A stretch of DNA of 64,000 nt from Candidatus Cloacimonadales bacterium (GCA_963678315.1 OY782781.1:992001-1056000), one strand, 5' to 3'. Counted from the first letter of the stretch, positions 19,170-30,583 are shown. Notes: generated by a model from the sequence alone, not told the origin. Numbers and translations are program-made.

Positions 19170-20081
19170 TTATCTTAGCTTAGCTATAGCTTCCCAAATC
19201 TTATTTTCATCAAATTCTAATCCGATAAGTTCTTCTTCTGCATCTTTCCAGTCAGTAAGCAAGCTATCAGTGTATATCTTTGCTGTAGTTATTTGATTGT
19301 TTTTAAGATTGAGATTAAGTTTAATAATTCCAAAAGGGAATCTCTTTTCAATTTCGATTTGATACTTAGGTGTTTTAGAATAAATCCACTCATCCGAGCT
19401 TATAAATGAAGAAAGTTCTTTGTCGATATTATCAATAGTAACATCCTCTACAGGCATAGACTGGCCATAAACATCTTCAAAGCCTTTATAAAGAGCTTCT
19501 CTTAGCTTATCCATAGTTAGAGAACTATCGACTTCACTAAGATTAATAACTCGTGATTTTACAGATTTAATACCTTTTGATTCTAGCTTAAGTTTAGAGG
19601 GGGTTAAGCATTTAGAAAGTCTGGTCATGTCAGCATTAAGAAGTAGAGTCCCATGAAGAACATACATGTCTTTATGAGCGAAATAGGCTTGTCCGGAAAA
19701 CTTTGCACCATTGATTGTCATATCATTTCTTCCAGAGAATTCAACTTCCAGTTTTAGGTGTTCAAAAGCTTTGAATAAAAACTGTTTAGCTACTTCTAAA
19801 TCGTACTTGTCAGCTTTCATTACAAGAGTATAGTTAATATTCCCTAAATCATGAAATACAGCTCCTCCACCAGAGAATCTCCTTGCTAAAAGAATATTAT
19901 GCTCTTTTAAATACTCAAGATTACATTCTACAAGAGGATTCTGGTTTCTTCCTATTACAACAGCTGGACTGTTTTGCCATAAAAAGAGACTTACATCATC
20001 ATTAGTATTTTGGCTAAGTTGACGTTCAAAAGCGATGTTGTAATGCACATTATTTATTTTAGAATCGTATATTTTATTCAT
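19170..20081 (-). CDS. lplA: Lipoate-protein ligase A
   Basis: VVIGRNQN, RRFSGGGAVFHDLGN, GRND, KFSG, HGTLL, KSVKSRV. Confidence 0.92.
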   Translation of the reverse strand: MNKIYDSKINNVHYNIAFERQLSQNTNDDVSLFLWQNSPAVVIGRNQNPLVECNLEYLKEHNILLARRFSGGGAVFHDLGNINYTLVMKADKYDLEVAKQFLFKAFEHLKLEVEFSGRNDMTINGAKFSGQAYFAHKDMYVLHGTLLLNADMTRLSKCLTPSKLKLESKGIKSVKSRVINLSEVDSSLTMDKLREALYKGFEDVYGQSMPVEDVTIDNIDKELSSFISSDEWIYSKTPKYQIEIEKRFPFGIIKLNLNLKNNQITTAKIYTDSLLTDWKDAEEELIGLEFDENKIWEAIAKLR

Positions 20082-20091
20082 CTTATCTCAC

Positions 20092-21111
20092 TTATTCATT
20101 CTTTTCATTAATTCGAAGTTTTACACCTTCTCCACAGTTTCTGCAAATTTCTATAGCCTTACGGTTCTTTAGAATTGCATTTCTCATTCTTTGGAAAGCA
20201 TCTCCATGCCAGATTGAGAGTAGAGATTGGTCTTTTACATTACCAACAGGGAATTCTATGTCTTTATCGAAACAGCATATTGCCACTTGACCATTCCAGT
20301 TAACAACAGGTTGTTGCCACATTCTTCGACACTTATTCTCCATCTTAAACTTAATCTCAAAGTCATTTCCCGAAATATTGTATCTTCTATACTTCGGATT
20401 ATCAGGTAAGAAAGCAATATCTTCTTTAGTATAAATCTGAACTGTTTTTAAGCTTAGCTGGTCCACTTCATACTCTTTAGCCATCTTCTCTATCTCTTCG
20501 ATTTCATGTTCATTATGTTTCATAACTAGGAACTGCCAGCGAATAATAGGAGTCTTTGATTTAAGTCTTTTCTTAGCTTCTACAAGCTTCTTCACATTAT
20601 CAAGAACTTTGGAAAGCTGACCATTCACTCGATACTTGTTATAAGTTTCCTGAGTAGCACCATCTAAAGATACTATCATGGAATCAATACCTGATTTAAC
20701 AACTTCATCAGCATCAATATCAGCGTTTAAGTTAGTTGAAACAAGTGTAAATAATCCTTGATCTGTAGCATACTTAACCATTTTATTCATATCTTTATTA
20801 AGATAAGGTTCTCCTTGATTCCAGAGAATTATCATGGTTACATAGTCTTTTACTTCATCAATTACTTTCTTAAAAAGCTCGAAGGACATATATCCTTTGG
20901 CTCGTTTCAAGGTCCCATTCCCGGAAGGACAAAGCGGACATTTTAAATTACAAATATTGGTAGGTTCAATCATAACAGCAGTTGGGTAGCCCCACACAAG
21001 ACTCTTATGAGTAAAATTAGAAATATATCTTGAAACATTACTTAACACTAAATTATTGATTTTAGTTAAATTAAGGTTTTTTTCGACAATTCGTTTATTT
21101 TGTTTTAGCAT
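20092..21111 (-). CDS. Radical SAM/SPASM-domain protein
   Basis: CNLKCPLC; C-terminal C..ICCFD..CRNC. Confidence 0.85.
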   Translation of the reverse strand: MLKQNKRIVEKNLNLTKINNLVLSNVSRYISNFTHKSLVWGYPTAVMIEPTNICNLKCPLCPSGNGTLKRAKGYMSFELFKKVIDEVKDYVTMIILWNQGEPYLNKDMNKMVKYATDQGLFTLVSTNLNADIDADEVVKSGIDSMIVSLDGATQETYNKYRVNGQLSKVLDNVKKLVEAKKRLKSKTPIIRWQFLVMKHNEHEIEEIEKMAKEYEVDQLSLKTVQIYTKEDIAFLPDNPKYRRYNISGNDFEIKFKMENKCRRMWQQPVVNWNGQVAICCFDKDIEFPVGNVKDQSLLSIWHGDAFQRMRNAILKNRKAIEICRNCGEGVKLRINEKNE

Positions 21112-21114
21112 ATT

Positions 21115-24100
21115 TTATTTATCCATTATTATAAATTTCTCGCGATGAGTAATTGTTTTTTCTTCAGTAGAAGCTTTGATGATATAGAAGTAAGTATTAT
21201 TAGCTAGTTTATCTCCATGCTTATCTCTTCCGTTCCAAAGAATCTTATTAAATCCCTTAGTCACATACTGTGAAATAGATTGAATCTTTTTACCTGTAAT
21301 AGTATATATATCAATAGCTACATTAGCATCATTATTTATGATGAAGGTAAAGTAACCCCCATTTTTAGGCATTGGGTTAGGATATGGTAAGATATTAGTA
21401 AGAGCTAAAGAACTAGATTCAGTAACCTTGAAGTTAATGCTTTTAACAGAAGGTCTATTGAGATTATCAAAAGCTAATATTTTAAGCACATGGTCACCAA
21501 CTGATAAGTCAGTAATCTGATATTCAACTTTACCTTTTTGATAAGAGTCTATATCAAAGGCAAAATATTCAGTAATATCAATAGGATTAAAGTCATCATC
21601 AATAATTAAGCTAAGCTTATGACCTGTAGAACCAAGTACGTTTATTCCGTTTTCATCTTCGATATTAGCTATAAGAAGTGGATTCTGTGAAACTGTATCA
21701 CCTTCTCTGAAATCATAGGATTCTAGCCAAATATCAATATTAGGAGCAGATTGATTATCTACAAAGAAGTCATGTCCAGCTAATTCAAGAGGATAATAGT
21801 AATCTAAATGTTCTTCTTTTGTGGCTTCATCATAACCATAAACAAGAACTTTTCCTTTAGGTCCATCAATGATATCTTCAGGAACCACAAAAGCAAGGTC
21901 ATAGTTGCCAGCATTTACAGAAGTCTTTCCATCAAAGATTTTATTTCCTTGCTTTGCTACATAGACTGTATCGTATGGAGTTACCAAACTATCTAATTGA
22001 GCTGAATCAAAAGCAATAACCATTGCTTCATCTAGATTGAAATTATTGATACTTCCTTGCATGAAAACTGTTTCTTTGGCTTGATAAGAAGGATCATGAT
22101 CGACCAATGAAGCATTAGTAGTTCTAGCTGGTGGAACTGCTTGTACATGAGGGTCTCCAAAGAGTACAAACTTCTCATTGTTAAAGGAAGAAGATGTGTT
22201 TCTAGCTTTAGCAAACATTAGGGCTGTTCCAACATCATTTCTATTCTCAAGAGCTTCATATACGATGTCTCCTGCTAGACTATTATTTGATGGTGAAACA
22301 CAGAGTCTTGTAGAACCAATACTATTGATTGCACCTCCATCTTCACTAAGCATTACATCAGTAGATAAACAATCAAATTCTGGACTATCAAACTGAGATA
22401 CGTCACAAGCTGCAGTAATCAAGACTGTTCTACGTTTATCATTAGTTAAACGCTCAGTATCTATATCACGTCTGAAAAATGCTTCAGTACCAAGTTGGTC
22501 ATAACTACCGTGACCTGCATAATATGTGTAAATGTTTCCACGATTAATTTCAGTTATGAGATCTTCTCTAACATTTGGTTTTTTACCTAATTCATCAGGC
22601 TCATAGAGATGAGCATGAAGTTTGTTTAAAATTACTCCACTTGGTAAATTTGTAATATTCATTTCCATATCTTCAACATGGTAATCTTCCCATAAAGTAG
22701 TACCATTTTCTAAATCGTCAGTTAAGAAAAGTGCTCTATTTCGCCACCAACCAAAATCAAATTCTTTGTTAGAATACTCTTCAAACTTATCAATCATTAG
22801 GTCTAGTTCATTAGTATTCTTGGCAGGATATCTAGCTATAGCAAGATCTGGTTTATTAATTTGGTTGATATAAACAAAGAAGTCATCGGAATTTGTATTA
22901 TCGCTATTAGTTGAACTAGGATTCAGATAGACTATCATCTTGTTTTTTACAGCAGAACCTGATTTATTATTTCTCCAATCATAAGTACCACTACCAAGAA
23001 GAATAACATATTCAGGTCTTTCAGAAGACTCATTATACACATATCTTATGTAGTTTCTAATAGCTGTTGGGTCTACCATGCCACCATTGAAAGTATTATA
23101 TATGTCTTCTGCTTTAGCAATGTAAGTTGACTGCCCATATAATGAAGCATACAAAGATGCAAGTCTCTCAGCTTGAGGATAGAAGTCATCAGGTGTGATA
23201 ATCAAGTTAGTCTTATCAAGACTATTAACCAGAATATCATTACCATAGAATTCTTCAATACTAGCTATTGAGTAATAATCATTGTCTGTAATATAGAATT
23301 GTTCAATTAAGTCTTCATTATCGTTTTCATCTTCATCAACAAATACCTTTCCTACAAAGGATAAGCTATTATTAGAGCTTTCAAAGTCAAGAAGTGATAC
23401 ATCATAAAGGTCAGGAGTTGCAAAAACAAGAGTATTGTTGCTAAAGCTACCTGTGAAATCATATTTTACAGGTGTATTTATATCTTCTATAAAGTAGTTA
23501 ACTCCATATTGTTTGCCCGATCTTTTTAAGTTCTTTTTGAGATAGTAAAGCTGAATCCAATCTAAATAAATGTTATCTTTTCCTGTACGTTCAATTGTTA
23601 CGGTTACTTCATTATTACCTTCATTGAAAGTAAGCTCATCTTCCTCAACAATTACATAGGTAGAACCAGTCCATGATTTAGAGTCTACCACAACTTCATC
23701 ATTTAAAGATATTGATGCATAATGTCGAGAAGAAGTTCCCGAAGATCTCTTCTCTTCAATCATAGATATTCTAAAATAGTTATAGTTCCCGTTGCTAACA
23801 GGATCAAGGTCTTCGATATCTAAATCAAAGTTGTAGTTAGAAGTAGAAGACCCTGCTAAATAATTAGAGAACCAGAAATAGTTAGTTTGAAGACGTTTAT
23901 AGAAGTCTCTCTCATAATGACTGGCATTAGGGTTGTTTGTTCTTGATATAGTTGCTATTTCAGAGTTATTCTCTTGCATAATACGTCTAGGTTGATCGTT
24001 GATGTTAGCATCATAAGTTAGCCAATAAACACCATTATCCGAGAAAGGATTATTCTTAATTTGGCTTGATATATTGCTAGTATAATCATAGTCATTTCTA

Positions 24101-24999
24101 TCCCTAGCATAGAAGATTATTTTGTCAGAAGTATCAAAGTTAGAATCGTCTTCTCCTGTCACAAGCAATGGAATCTCTGCAAAAGGGTTTCCAGTGTCGA
24201 GATTACGACCTTTTAGTTTATTACCTTTAGCAGTAAACATTCTAAAGTTATGAGGGTCAATATCACTTAAAGTCATAAGACTATTAAGTTGATTATAGCC
24301 TATTGAGAATATACCGTCTTTATCAACTTCAATCTTGTACCAGTGGTTAGCAATATCAAAGTTAGCATATTCAACCTCATAACGTTTTGGATTGATAGTG
24401 AACAAATTTTCTTTGTTAACAAATGCAGATGCAAAGTCTCTTTCTAGTCTATCAAAAACAGATGATTTAGTATTTGATTTTTCTAAGCTAAAATATATGT
24501 TTATCTTCTTAAAGACTTCTAGTGTATTGGAAGCATAATCATATTTAAATGGTCTAATAATTAAATCAGCATAGCTCAAATTTCTAAATGATTGCTTCTC
24601 TCCAAACTGAACCAAATCATAGTTATTTTCATATTTAGAAGAATCTATCTCATATATATATTCATCAACTTGATTTCCTCTTACAACTTGTGGGAAAGGA
24701 ATTAAAGCCTTCTCAAGAGTGATAGTTTCAGACTCTATCACACTATAATGAAGATTTGCTACAAATCCTTCTGGAACTGAGAACTGTTGTATGTATAAGG
24801 GTATTTGAGGACCATTTTCATCAACAATATATGATGCAGAATCAAACAAAATCCTAGAATATTCATCCTTATTATTAATTCTATAGTTTTCAAGAGTAAA
24901 AGAGATTTGCTCTTGATTAGATACTCGATTTCTAGTAATACTAACAGCAGATAAAACTGTTGTAACACAGAGTAATAGCAATATTATTGCTTTCTTCAT
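21115..24999 (-). CDS. PorU-like C25 (gingipain) peptidase with C-terminal sorting domain
   Basis: Signal peptide; WYKIEVDKDGIF, YAGHG and TAAC dyad, LFGDP, DENGIN, YPNP CTD. Confidence 0.85.
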   Translation of the reverse strand: MKKAIILLLLCVTTVLSAVSITRNRVSNQEQISFTLENYRINNKDEYSRILFDSASYIVDENGPQIPLYIQQFSVPEGFVANLHYSVIESETITLEKALIPFPQVVRGNQVDEYIYEIDSSKYENNYDLVQFGEKQSFRNLSYADLIIRPFKYDYASNTLEVFKKINIYFSLEKSNTKSSVFDRLERDFASAFVNKENLFTINPKRYEVEYANFDIANHWYKIEVDKDGIFSIGYNQLNSLMTLSDIDPHNFRMFTAKGNKLKGRNLDTGNPFAEIPLLVTGEDDSNFDTSDKIIFYARDRNDYDYTSNISSQIKNNPFSDNGVYWLTYDANINDQPRRIMQENNSEIATISRTNNPNASHYERDFYKRLQTNYFWFSNYLAGSSTSNYNFDLDIEDLDPVSNGNYNYFRISMIEEKRSSGTSSRHYASISLNDEVVVDSKSWTGSTYVIVEEDELTFNEGNNEVTVTIERTGKDNIYLDWIQLYYLKKNLKRSGKQYGVNYFIEDINTPVKYDFTGSFSNNTLVFATPDLYDVSLLDFESSNNSLSFVGKVFVDEDENDNEDLIEQFYITDNDYYSIASIEEFYGNDILVNSLDKTNLIITPDDFYPQAERLASLYASLYGQSTYIAKAEDIYNTFNGGMVDPTAIRNYIRYVYNESSERPEYVILLGSGTYDWRNNKSGSAVKNKMIVYLNPSSTNSDNTNSDDFFVYINQINKPDLAIARYPAKNTNELDLMIDKFEEYSNKEFDFGWWRNRALFLTDDLENGTTLWEDYHVEDMEMNITNLPSGVILNKLHAHLYEPDELGKKPNVREDLITEINRGNIYTYYAGHGSYDQLGTEAFFRRDIDTERLTNDKRRTVLITAACDVSQFDSPEFDCLSTDVMLSEDGGAINSIGSTRLCVSPSNNSLAGDIVYEALENRNDVGTALMFAKARNTSSSFNNEKFVLFGDPHVQAVPPARTTNASLVDHDPSYQAKETVFMQGSINNFNLDEAMVIAFDSAQLDSLVTPYDTVYVAKQGNKIFDGKTSVNAGNYDLAFVVPEDIIDGPKGKVLVYGYDEATKEEHLDYYYPLELAGHDFFVDNQSAPNIDIWLESYDFREGDTVSQNPLLIANIEDENGINVLGSTGHKLSLIIDDDFNPIDITEYFAFDIDSYQKGKVEYQITDLSVGDHVLKILAFDNLNRPSVKSINFKVTESSSLALTNILPYPNPMPKNGGYFTFIINNDANVAIDIYTITGKKIQSISQYVTKGFNKILWNGRDKHGDKLANNTYFYIIKASTEEKTITHREKFIIMDK

Positions 25000-25021
25000 T
25001 AAGCCTCCGATATCAATAATA

Positions 25022-26677
25022 TTAATTTATCATAACAACCTTTTTATAGTAGTGGTTGTTACCTACTTTAATCTTCAATAAATAAGTGCCACTAGGTATA
25101 TTATAAAGCAATTTACTTAAATTTGCCTCCTTAATTTTCCCAGAATATTTAATTTCATTAACTTTCTGACCTTTTATATTATATATAGAAATAATTTCAA
25201 GGGAATTCTGTCCATTATTAATTTTAACTTCTGAGTCTAAACTAATAGGATTAGGGAAAATGTCTAGTATAGAACTATTAGGAAGTTCAATACTTTGAAA
25301 ATTATCTTCTCCCGAATAATGGATAAATGATATAGCCTCTGAAAAACAGGATTCAGTGTTTGTATATAATGCTTCAATCCAAAGATATCCATTATCTTGG
25401 AGCTCGTGTAATGAGTAACTTGAAGTAGCTAGATTGTTTTCAATTAGTTCATGATTAATTCTTATAGAATTAGCTAAGTCATCATTCCTAGAATAATAGA
25501 TATTGAAGCCAATTATGTTATAGCTATTTGATAATGACCACTCTATATATTGAGCATTATTATTATTACTTACTATGTTGTAGCTAAAATTAAGCACCGG
25601 AAGTGTTTCATTAAGTTCAAATTCACCTGGAGCCGATTCATTAAGCTGATTTACCTGATAGTAAATCCAATCATCAGAACTCGATGTTTCTTGAGTAGAT
25701 TGATTTCCTGATTGTCTTACGATATATCCTTCATTAAAGTTAACACCCACAACTCTATCTATAATTTCTCGCTTATCATTATCTACTAGTTGAGCACCAT
25801 CTTTATTTAATCCATCCCATAACCAGCTTTTTCTATGCCAATCATAAGTAGAAATCTTGTTAGCTTCTATATTATTATCAAAATCACCAACAACAATAGA
25901 TTCACCTGGTACAATCAAACCAGTCAGTTCCCAAGAGTAAAAAGTACGATTATAATAAATAGCCTCCATCGTTATTGTAGATAAATCAATGATTTTATCA
26001 CCAATATTGCTTATTTGAATGTATTTTTCAGTATCATTATTGTTGTTGGGAATACACATTTTTGAAATAATTAGACCATTGTTATTTGTTGATTTTTCAC
26101 CTTGGTATAAGCTTACTTTTTTAATACGATAATATTCATTTTCCGCAGAGCAATCTATTTCTAAACAAATTTTACATTCAGAAGTGTTGTTTATCCTTCC
26201 AGAAAGTTTGTTTCTACCAAACGCCCCTTGAAACTCATCCACTAAAATAACATTGTCTAGATTATCTAAATAGTAGCATTTCACATAATCTTCAGAAGAG
26301 CAGGGAGAAGAATAATCATCACATTCGCTAGAACTCTCAAGTTCGATATCCAGATAATAGCTGTCTTCTGCATCTAAGGTGATTGTTTCGCTTTGCCAGA
26401 TAAAACCTTGATTGATGTCATTCAACTGGTAGGAACATTCTAAATCTCTAGCCTCTAATACTCCATCTATTACCCTAAAATAGTCAGGAGAAGTATCATT
26501 CTCTAATGAAACATTTCTGTTGTCTATAGACCAGTCATTATCAGGATTTAAGAACACATCACCAGTAAAACCATAGCCTTCTTGAGAAGGAAAATTTGTT
26601 GACCATATCACTTCAATAGAAAATAAATTACACACTATTGATACATACACTATCAAAGATAAAATCATATTTTTCAT
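25022..26677 (-). CDS. Secreted protein with T9SS-type C-terminal domain
   Basis: Signal peptide; ETLPV linker; IFPNP..IYNIKGQKV..SGTYLLK CTD. Confidence 0.75.
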   Translation of the reverse strand: MKNMILSLIVYVSIVCNLFSIEVIWSTNFPSQEGYGFTGDVFLNPDNDWSIDNRNVSLENDTSPDYFRVIDGVLEARDLECSYQLNDINQGFIWQSETITLDAEDSYYLDIELESSSECDDYSSPCSSEDYVKCYYLDNLDNVILVDEFQGAFGRNKLSGRINNTSECKICLEIDCSAENEYYRIKKVSLYQGEKSTNNNGLIISKMCIPNNNNDTEKYIQISNIGDKIIDLSTITMEAIYYNRTFYSWELTGLIVPGESIVVGDFDNNIEANKISTYDWHRKSWLWDGLNKDGAQLVDNDKREIIDRVVGVNFNEGYIVRQSGNQSTQETSSSDDWIYYQVNQLNESAPGEFELNETLPVLNFSYNIVSNNNNAQYIEWSLSNSYNIIGFNIYYSRNDDLANSIRINHELIENNLATSSYSLHELQDNGYLWIEALYTNTESCFSEAISFIHYSGEDNFQSIELPNSSILDIFPNPISLDSEVKINNGQNSLEIISIYNIKGQKVNEIKYSGKIKEANLSKLLYNIPSGTYLLKIKVGNNHYYKKVVMIN

Positions 26678-26956
26678 GCCGACTCCTTAGACCACCTTTT
26701 GTATTATGTAAACAATTAAGTCCATAATAGTTGGGTATGTCAAGAAATTTGTAGTAAAGAGCTAAATTATACCATTTTATAGCATTATAATATATTAGAT
26801 ATTGTCACTTGTATAAAAAAGCAACTAATGGTTACATTTCATTTAAGCTAAGTATATTTTGTTATTAATTTAAATACTGCCATACAGTATTCATAATTTG
26901 CCTTTTAGAAACAATTATATGCAATTCAATGCAGATAGATATGAGATATCATTAAG

Positions 26957-26972
26957 TGGAACCAAACTTGCA
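26957..26972 (+). promoter_or_regulatory. Sigma54-type -24/-12 promoter
   Basis: TGGAAC-CAAAC-TTGCA matches TGGCAC-N5-TTGCW, 32 bp before the ATG. Confidence 0.65.
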
Positions 26973-27004
26973 CTTAATACTGTTAAAATCTTTTTGGAGG
27001 TTAC

Positions 27005-30000
27005 ATGAAAAGGATAATAATCATACTTTTCATAGCTTTTGTTGTTAATCTATCAGGAATTCAATTTAATGTTGATACTGAAAAAGGAATGGATGTTACA
27101 GTTTCTTGGGATATTGAAGAATATACAATAAACGACAGTGATAATGGACGTTTATTGCAACTAGATTCAAAGAATAATGAGGATTTAATCTCATGGAATA
27201 ATTATGGTTACGATTTACCTCAGGTAAGTAAATTAGTAATCGTACCATCAGGTTATGAACCCAAGCTAAATGTAACAGATGTTTACACAACAGATATTAA
27301 AGGGATTGATTTAGATAACTATAGAAAGGATTCTTCTTTGTTATTACCTGAAAAATCTGTAAGCATTTCTGAGGTCTATAAATATAGAGGACTCAGATTC
27401 TGTTCGATTGCAATAAATCCTGTAACCAAAGATGCAAAAAGCAAATCCATAAAGATTTTTGATAGGGCTAAAATAAATATAACTTTTTCAGAGACATCTG
27501 AAGAGTTAGTAAGTGAACTAAAACTTAGTAAAAGTGATATTCGAATGTTCGAGGATATTGTGATAAATCGTAATATGCTCGAACAAGAGAATATTCAAGA
27601 AGATGGTTATTTCGTTATTATATACAATTGCGATGACTCAGATGTTATTTTTCAAAATACAATAAATAAACTAAAAAACTGGAAAGAGAAGCTTGGTTGT
27701 AAGGTAATGACTCAAAACTTTCATGGTTCCAATGATTTTAGTAACATTAAAAGCTATCTTGTAGATGGATATAATAATTGGGATATGCCTCCTAAATGGA
27801 TATGTTTAGTTGGAGATACTGATGCATGTATAATACCAACAGATTACGAGAACTTTTCCTTCAGCATGGTTGCAGGTGATTATCAATATACACTTTTAGA
27901 AGAAGATGATAACTTCCCTGATGCCTATATTGGACGTCTTCCTATAAGAAGCTCTTCTGAATTGATGGCTGTGGTTAATAAGATAATTGGCTATGAAAAC
28001 AGTCAGTTTTCTCCTGATTCTTCTTATTTAAGCAATTCACTATTAGTTGGTGATCCAACTGACTCTGGTGTAGGAACTATTGTTGCTACTGATTACATCA
28101 AAGACTATATTGAAACTTATGATCCTAATCACACAGTAGACCAATATACATCAGGCTCTTTCGTAAATCAAATGACAACTTCTATAAATACTGGAATTTC
28201 TACTTTGTATTATAGAGGTTTTGCAGGAATTTCCGGTTTTGATATAGATGAAGTTAATTCTTTATATAATATAAAAAAGCCTTTCTTTGGAGCTTTTATA
28301 ACATGTCATACTAACGTTTTTAATGATTATTATACTCCTGCTTCTGTATGTGAAAAATTGGTTACTACAGGTTCAGCAGCTTCTCCTAAAGGGGCTATCG
28401 GAACAATAGGTTCATCTTCAGAGACTCATACCTGCACTAACAATCTTCTTATTGAAGCTATTGCTGAAGCTATGTATCTAAAAGATTTAAATGCCATGGG
28501 CGAAGCTCTTCATTATGCTAAACTACAAATGGTCAGAAACTATCCTGGAGACCCTAATCAGCTAACCTCTCAATACCTTCAATGTATGAATTTAATGGGA
28601 GACCCTAGTGTGAGAATTCAGAGATCTGCATTAAAATCTCTTGAGGTTGAATCATTAACTGAAAACATGTACCTTACAGATGATTACCTTTCATTTAGAA
28701 TCATAGATACAGATACACAAAACCCTATTGAAGGCGCTAAAGTTTCTCTCAATAGCTCAACAACTATTATTAATGATGTAAGTGATAATCAAGGTTATGT
28801 TACTTTTGAAATAGCTAATATAGATGAAAATGAACTTTATCTACTTGTCTATAAAGATGAATACACTACTTTATCACATTCCTTTGTATTATCTACTGAT
28901 TCTAGTGATTATGACTTCACTTTCCAGCAAACTAGTCCACTTATATGTGGTGGTACAGAGTTTGCTTTAACAACTAATTTCATGAATTATTCTCAAAACG
29001 ATATCGAGAACGCTACTATTAGACTTTATGGTGATAATATTGCCCAAGAAGTAGTAATTAATGATGTACAAATTCCTGCTATAGAAAGTGGGGATAGTGA
29101 TTTCTTAATCAGTGATATCAACATAGCTTTAGATAATAATGTAAGATATGAAGAAAGAGTTAAATTTTTTTATGAAATCACTGCAAATAATGTTAATCTA
29201 ACTTATCCTATTGTAGTTCAAGACAACTCATTTGAATTAGAAATCAGCGAAAAAGAAACCAATAACGCAGGCTACATTTCACAAGCAGTTGAAACTGAGC
29301 TTTCTTTGTATTTGAATGCTTGTGTAACAAATAGCTTTAGTGATTTACAAGTTGAATTAGTTGAAGATCATGGAATAATTTCTATCTCTAACCCCGTTCA
29401 AACTTTCTCATTAACAGAAGGAACAGAAGAACTTGTATTTGACTTCAATTTTGATTGTGCTCCTAGTGCAATACCTGGAACAATTCTTCCTCTTAATTTA
29501 CGAATCACTGACCCAGACAGTAATCTTGAAAGAAACTATCCTTTTAATCTTCAAATATACAACAACTGGTTAGATTATCCAACAGGTCCAGATAACTTTG
29601 GTTACCTTTGCTATTCAAGTATGGATGCAGATGAGCTTGCTCCAAGTTACCAATGGATAGATATTGATCCAAGCTCTTTAGAAGATTCAAATGTTCTTGA
29701 TGTCTTAGACAATAGTTATGATGGTGGCGGTGATTATGAAACTATATCTCTACCTTTCGAGTTTAGATATTATGGAGAAACATTTGACCAACTTACTATC
29801 TGCTCTAATGGCATGGTAATTGTTGGAGAAACAGCTAACATAGACTGGATGAATTCTGCTATTCCTGGTCCAGGTGCTCCTCATGGTATGATTGCTCCTT
29901 TCTGGGATGACCTAGTTTATCCTTATGCAAGCACAGATGTTTTCTACTATTATGACCAAGCAAATGATAGATTTATTGTTCAATGGGACGCAAAACTAAG

Positions 30001-30583
30001 ATATAACGGTTCTGCAGAGAAATTCCAGTTGGTTATTTTAAATTCTGACGAAGATAATCACCAATTCCTTTTTAACTATCAAACCATAAACAATGTTGAT
30101 ATGGGATCTTATGATGGCTTTTACGTACACCATGGTGAATATGCTACAGTAGGTATTACTTCTCCAGATGGAAATGACGGTATTCAATACACTTACAGCA
30201 ATAGATATCCATCTACAGCTCATGCAATCCAGAATGATTTTTCTCTGCTATTTACACCTATTCTTACTGAGTTCACACCTAATGCAGAAGAAGATGTTGA
30301 GCTTGCCTCTAGCCAACTAATAGGGAATTACCCAAATCCATTCAATCCTGAAACAACAATATCGTTCAACCTCGCTAATGATTCTATTGCCAAATTAGCC
30401 ATCTATAATGTGAAAGGACAGTTAGTTAAAACGCTTATTAATGACACATTGACAAAAGGTAATCATAAACTAGTCTGGAATGGAAGAGATAACAAGAACA
30501 AGAAAGTATCTTCTGGAATTTACTACTATAAATTATCTACTGATAACTATAAATCAACTAAGAAAATGATATTGATGAAGTAA
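27005..30583 (+). CDS. C25 family peptidase-like secreted protein with FlgD-Ig/T9SS-type CTD
   Basis: Propeptide region, CLVGD, IGRLP, NLMGDPS, IAPFWDDL, NYPNPFNPETTISF CTD. Confidence 0.85.
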   Translation: MKRIIIILFIAFVVNLSGIQFNVDTEKGMDVTVSWDIEEYTINDSDNGRLLQLDSKNNEDLISWNNYGYDLPQVSKLVIVPSGYEPKLNVTDVYTTDIKGIDLDNYRKDSSLLLPEKSVSISEVYKYRGLRFCSIAINPVTKDAKSKSIKIFDRAKINITFSETSEELVSELKLSKSDIRMFEDIVINRNMLEQENIQEDGYFVIIYNCDDSDVIFQNTINKLKNWKEKLGCKVMTQNFHGSNDFSNIKSYLVDGYNNWDMPPKWICLVGDTDACIIPTDYENFSFSMVAGDYQYTLLEEDDNFPDAYIGRLPIRSSSELMAVVNKIIGYENSQFSPDSSYLSNSLLVGDPTDSGVGTIVATDYIKDYIETYDPNHTVDQYTSGSFVNQMTTSINTGISTLYYRGFAGISGFDIDEVNSLYNIKKPFFGAFITCHTNVFNDYYTPASVCEKLVTTGSAASPKGAIGTIGSSSETHTCTNNLLIEAIAEAMYLKDLNAMGEALHYAKLQMVRNYPGDPNQLTSQYLQCMNLMGDPSVRIQRSALKSLEVESLTENMYLTDDYLSFRIIDTDTQNPIEGAKVSLNSSTTIINDVSDNQGYVTFEIANIDENELYLLVYKDEYTTLSHSFVLSTDSSDYDFTFQQTSPLICGGTEFALTTNFMNYSQNDIENATIRLYGDNIAQEVVINDVQIPAIESGDSDFLISDINIALDNNVRYEERVKFFYEITANNVNLTYPIVVQDNSFELEISEKETNNAGYISQAVETELSLYLNACVTNSFSDLQVELVEDHGIISISNPVQTFSLTEGTEELVFDFNFDCAPSAIPGTILPLNLRITDPDSNLERNYPFNLQIYNNWLDYPTGPDNFGYLCYSSMDADELAPSYQWIDIDPSSLEDSNVLDVLDNSYDGGGDYETISLPFEFRYYGETFDQLTICSNGMVIVGETANIDWMNSAIPGPGAPHGMIAPFWDDLVYPYASTDVFYYYDQANDRFIVQWDAKLRYNGSAEKFQLVILNSDEDNHQFLFNYQTINNVDMGSYDGFYVHHGEYATVGITSPDGNDGIQYTYSNRYPSTAHAIQNDFSLLFTPILTEFTPNAEEDVELASSQLIGNYPNPFNPETTISFNLANDSIAKLAIYNVKGQLVKTLINDTLTKGNHKLVWNGRDNKNKKVSSGIYYYKLSTDNYKSTKKMILMK

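Noticed and set aside
20092..21111. RiPP cluster around the SPASM radical SAM enzyme
   Set aside because: No adjacent precursor peptide, RRE or transporter; the gene is tightly packed between the PorU-like gene and lplA
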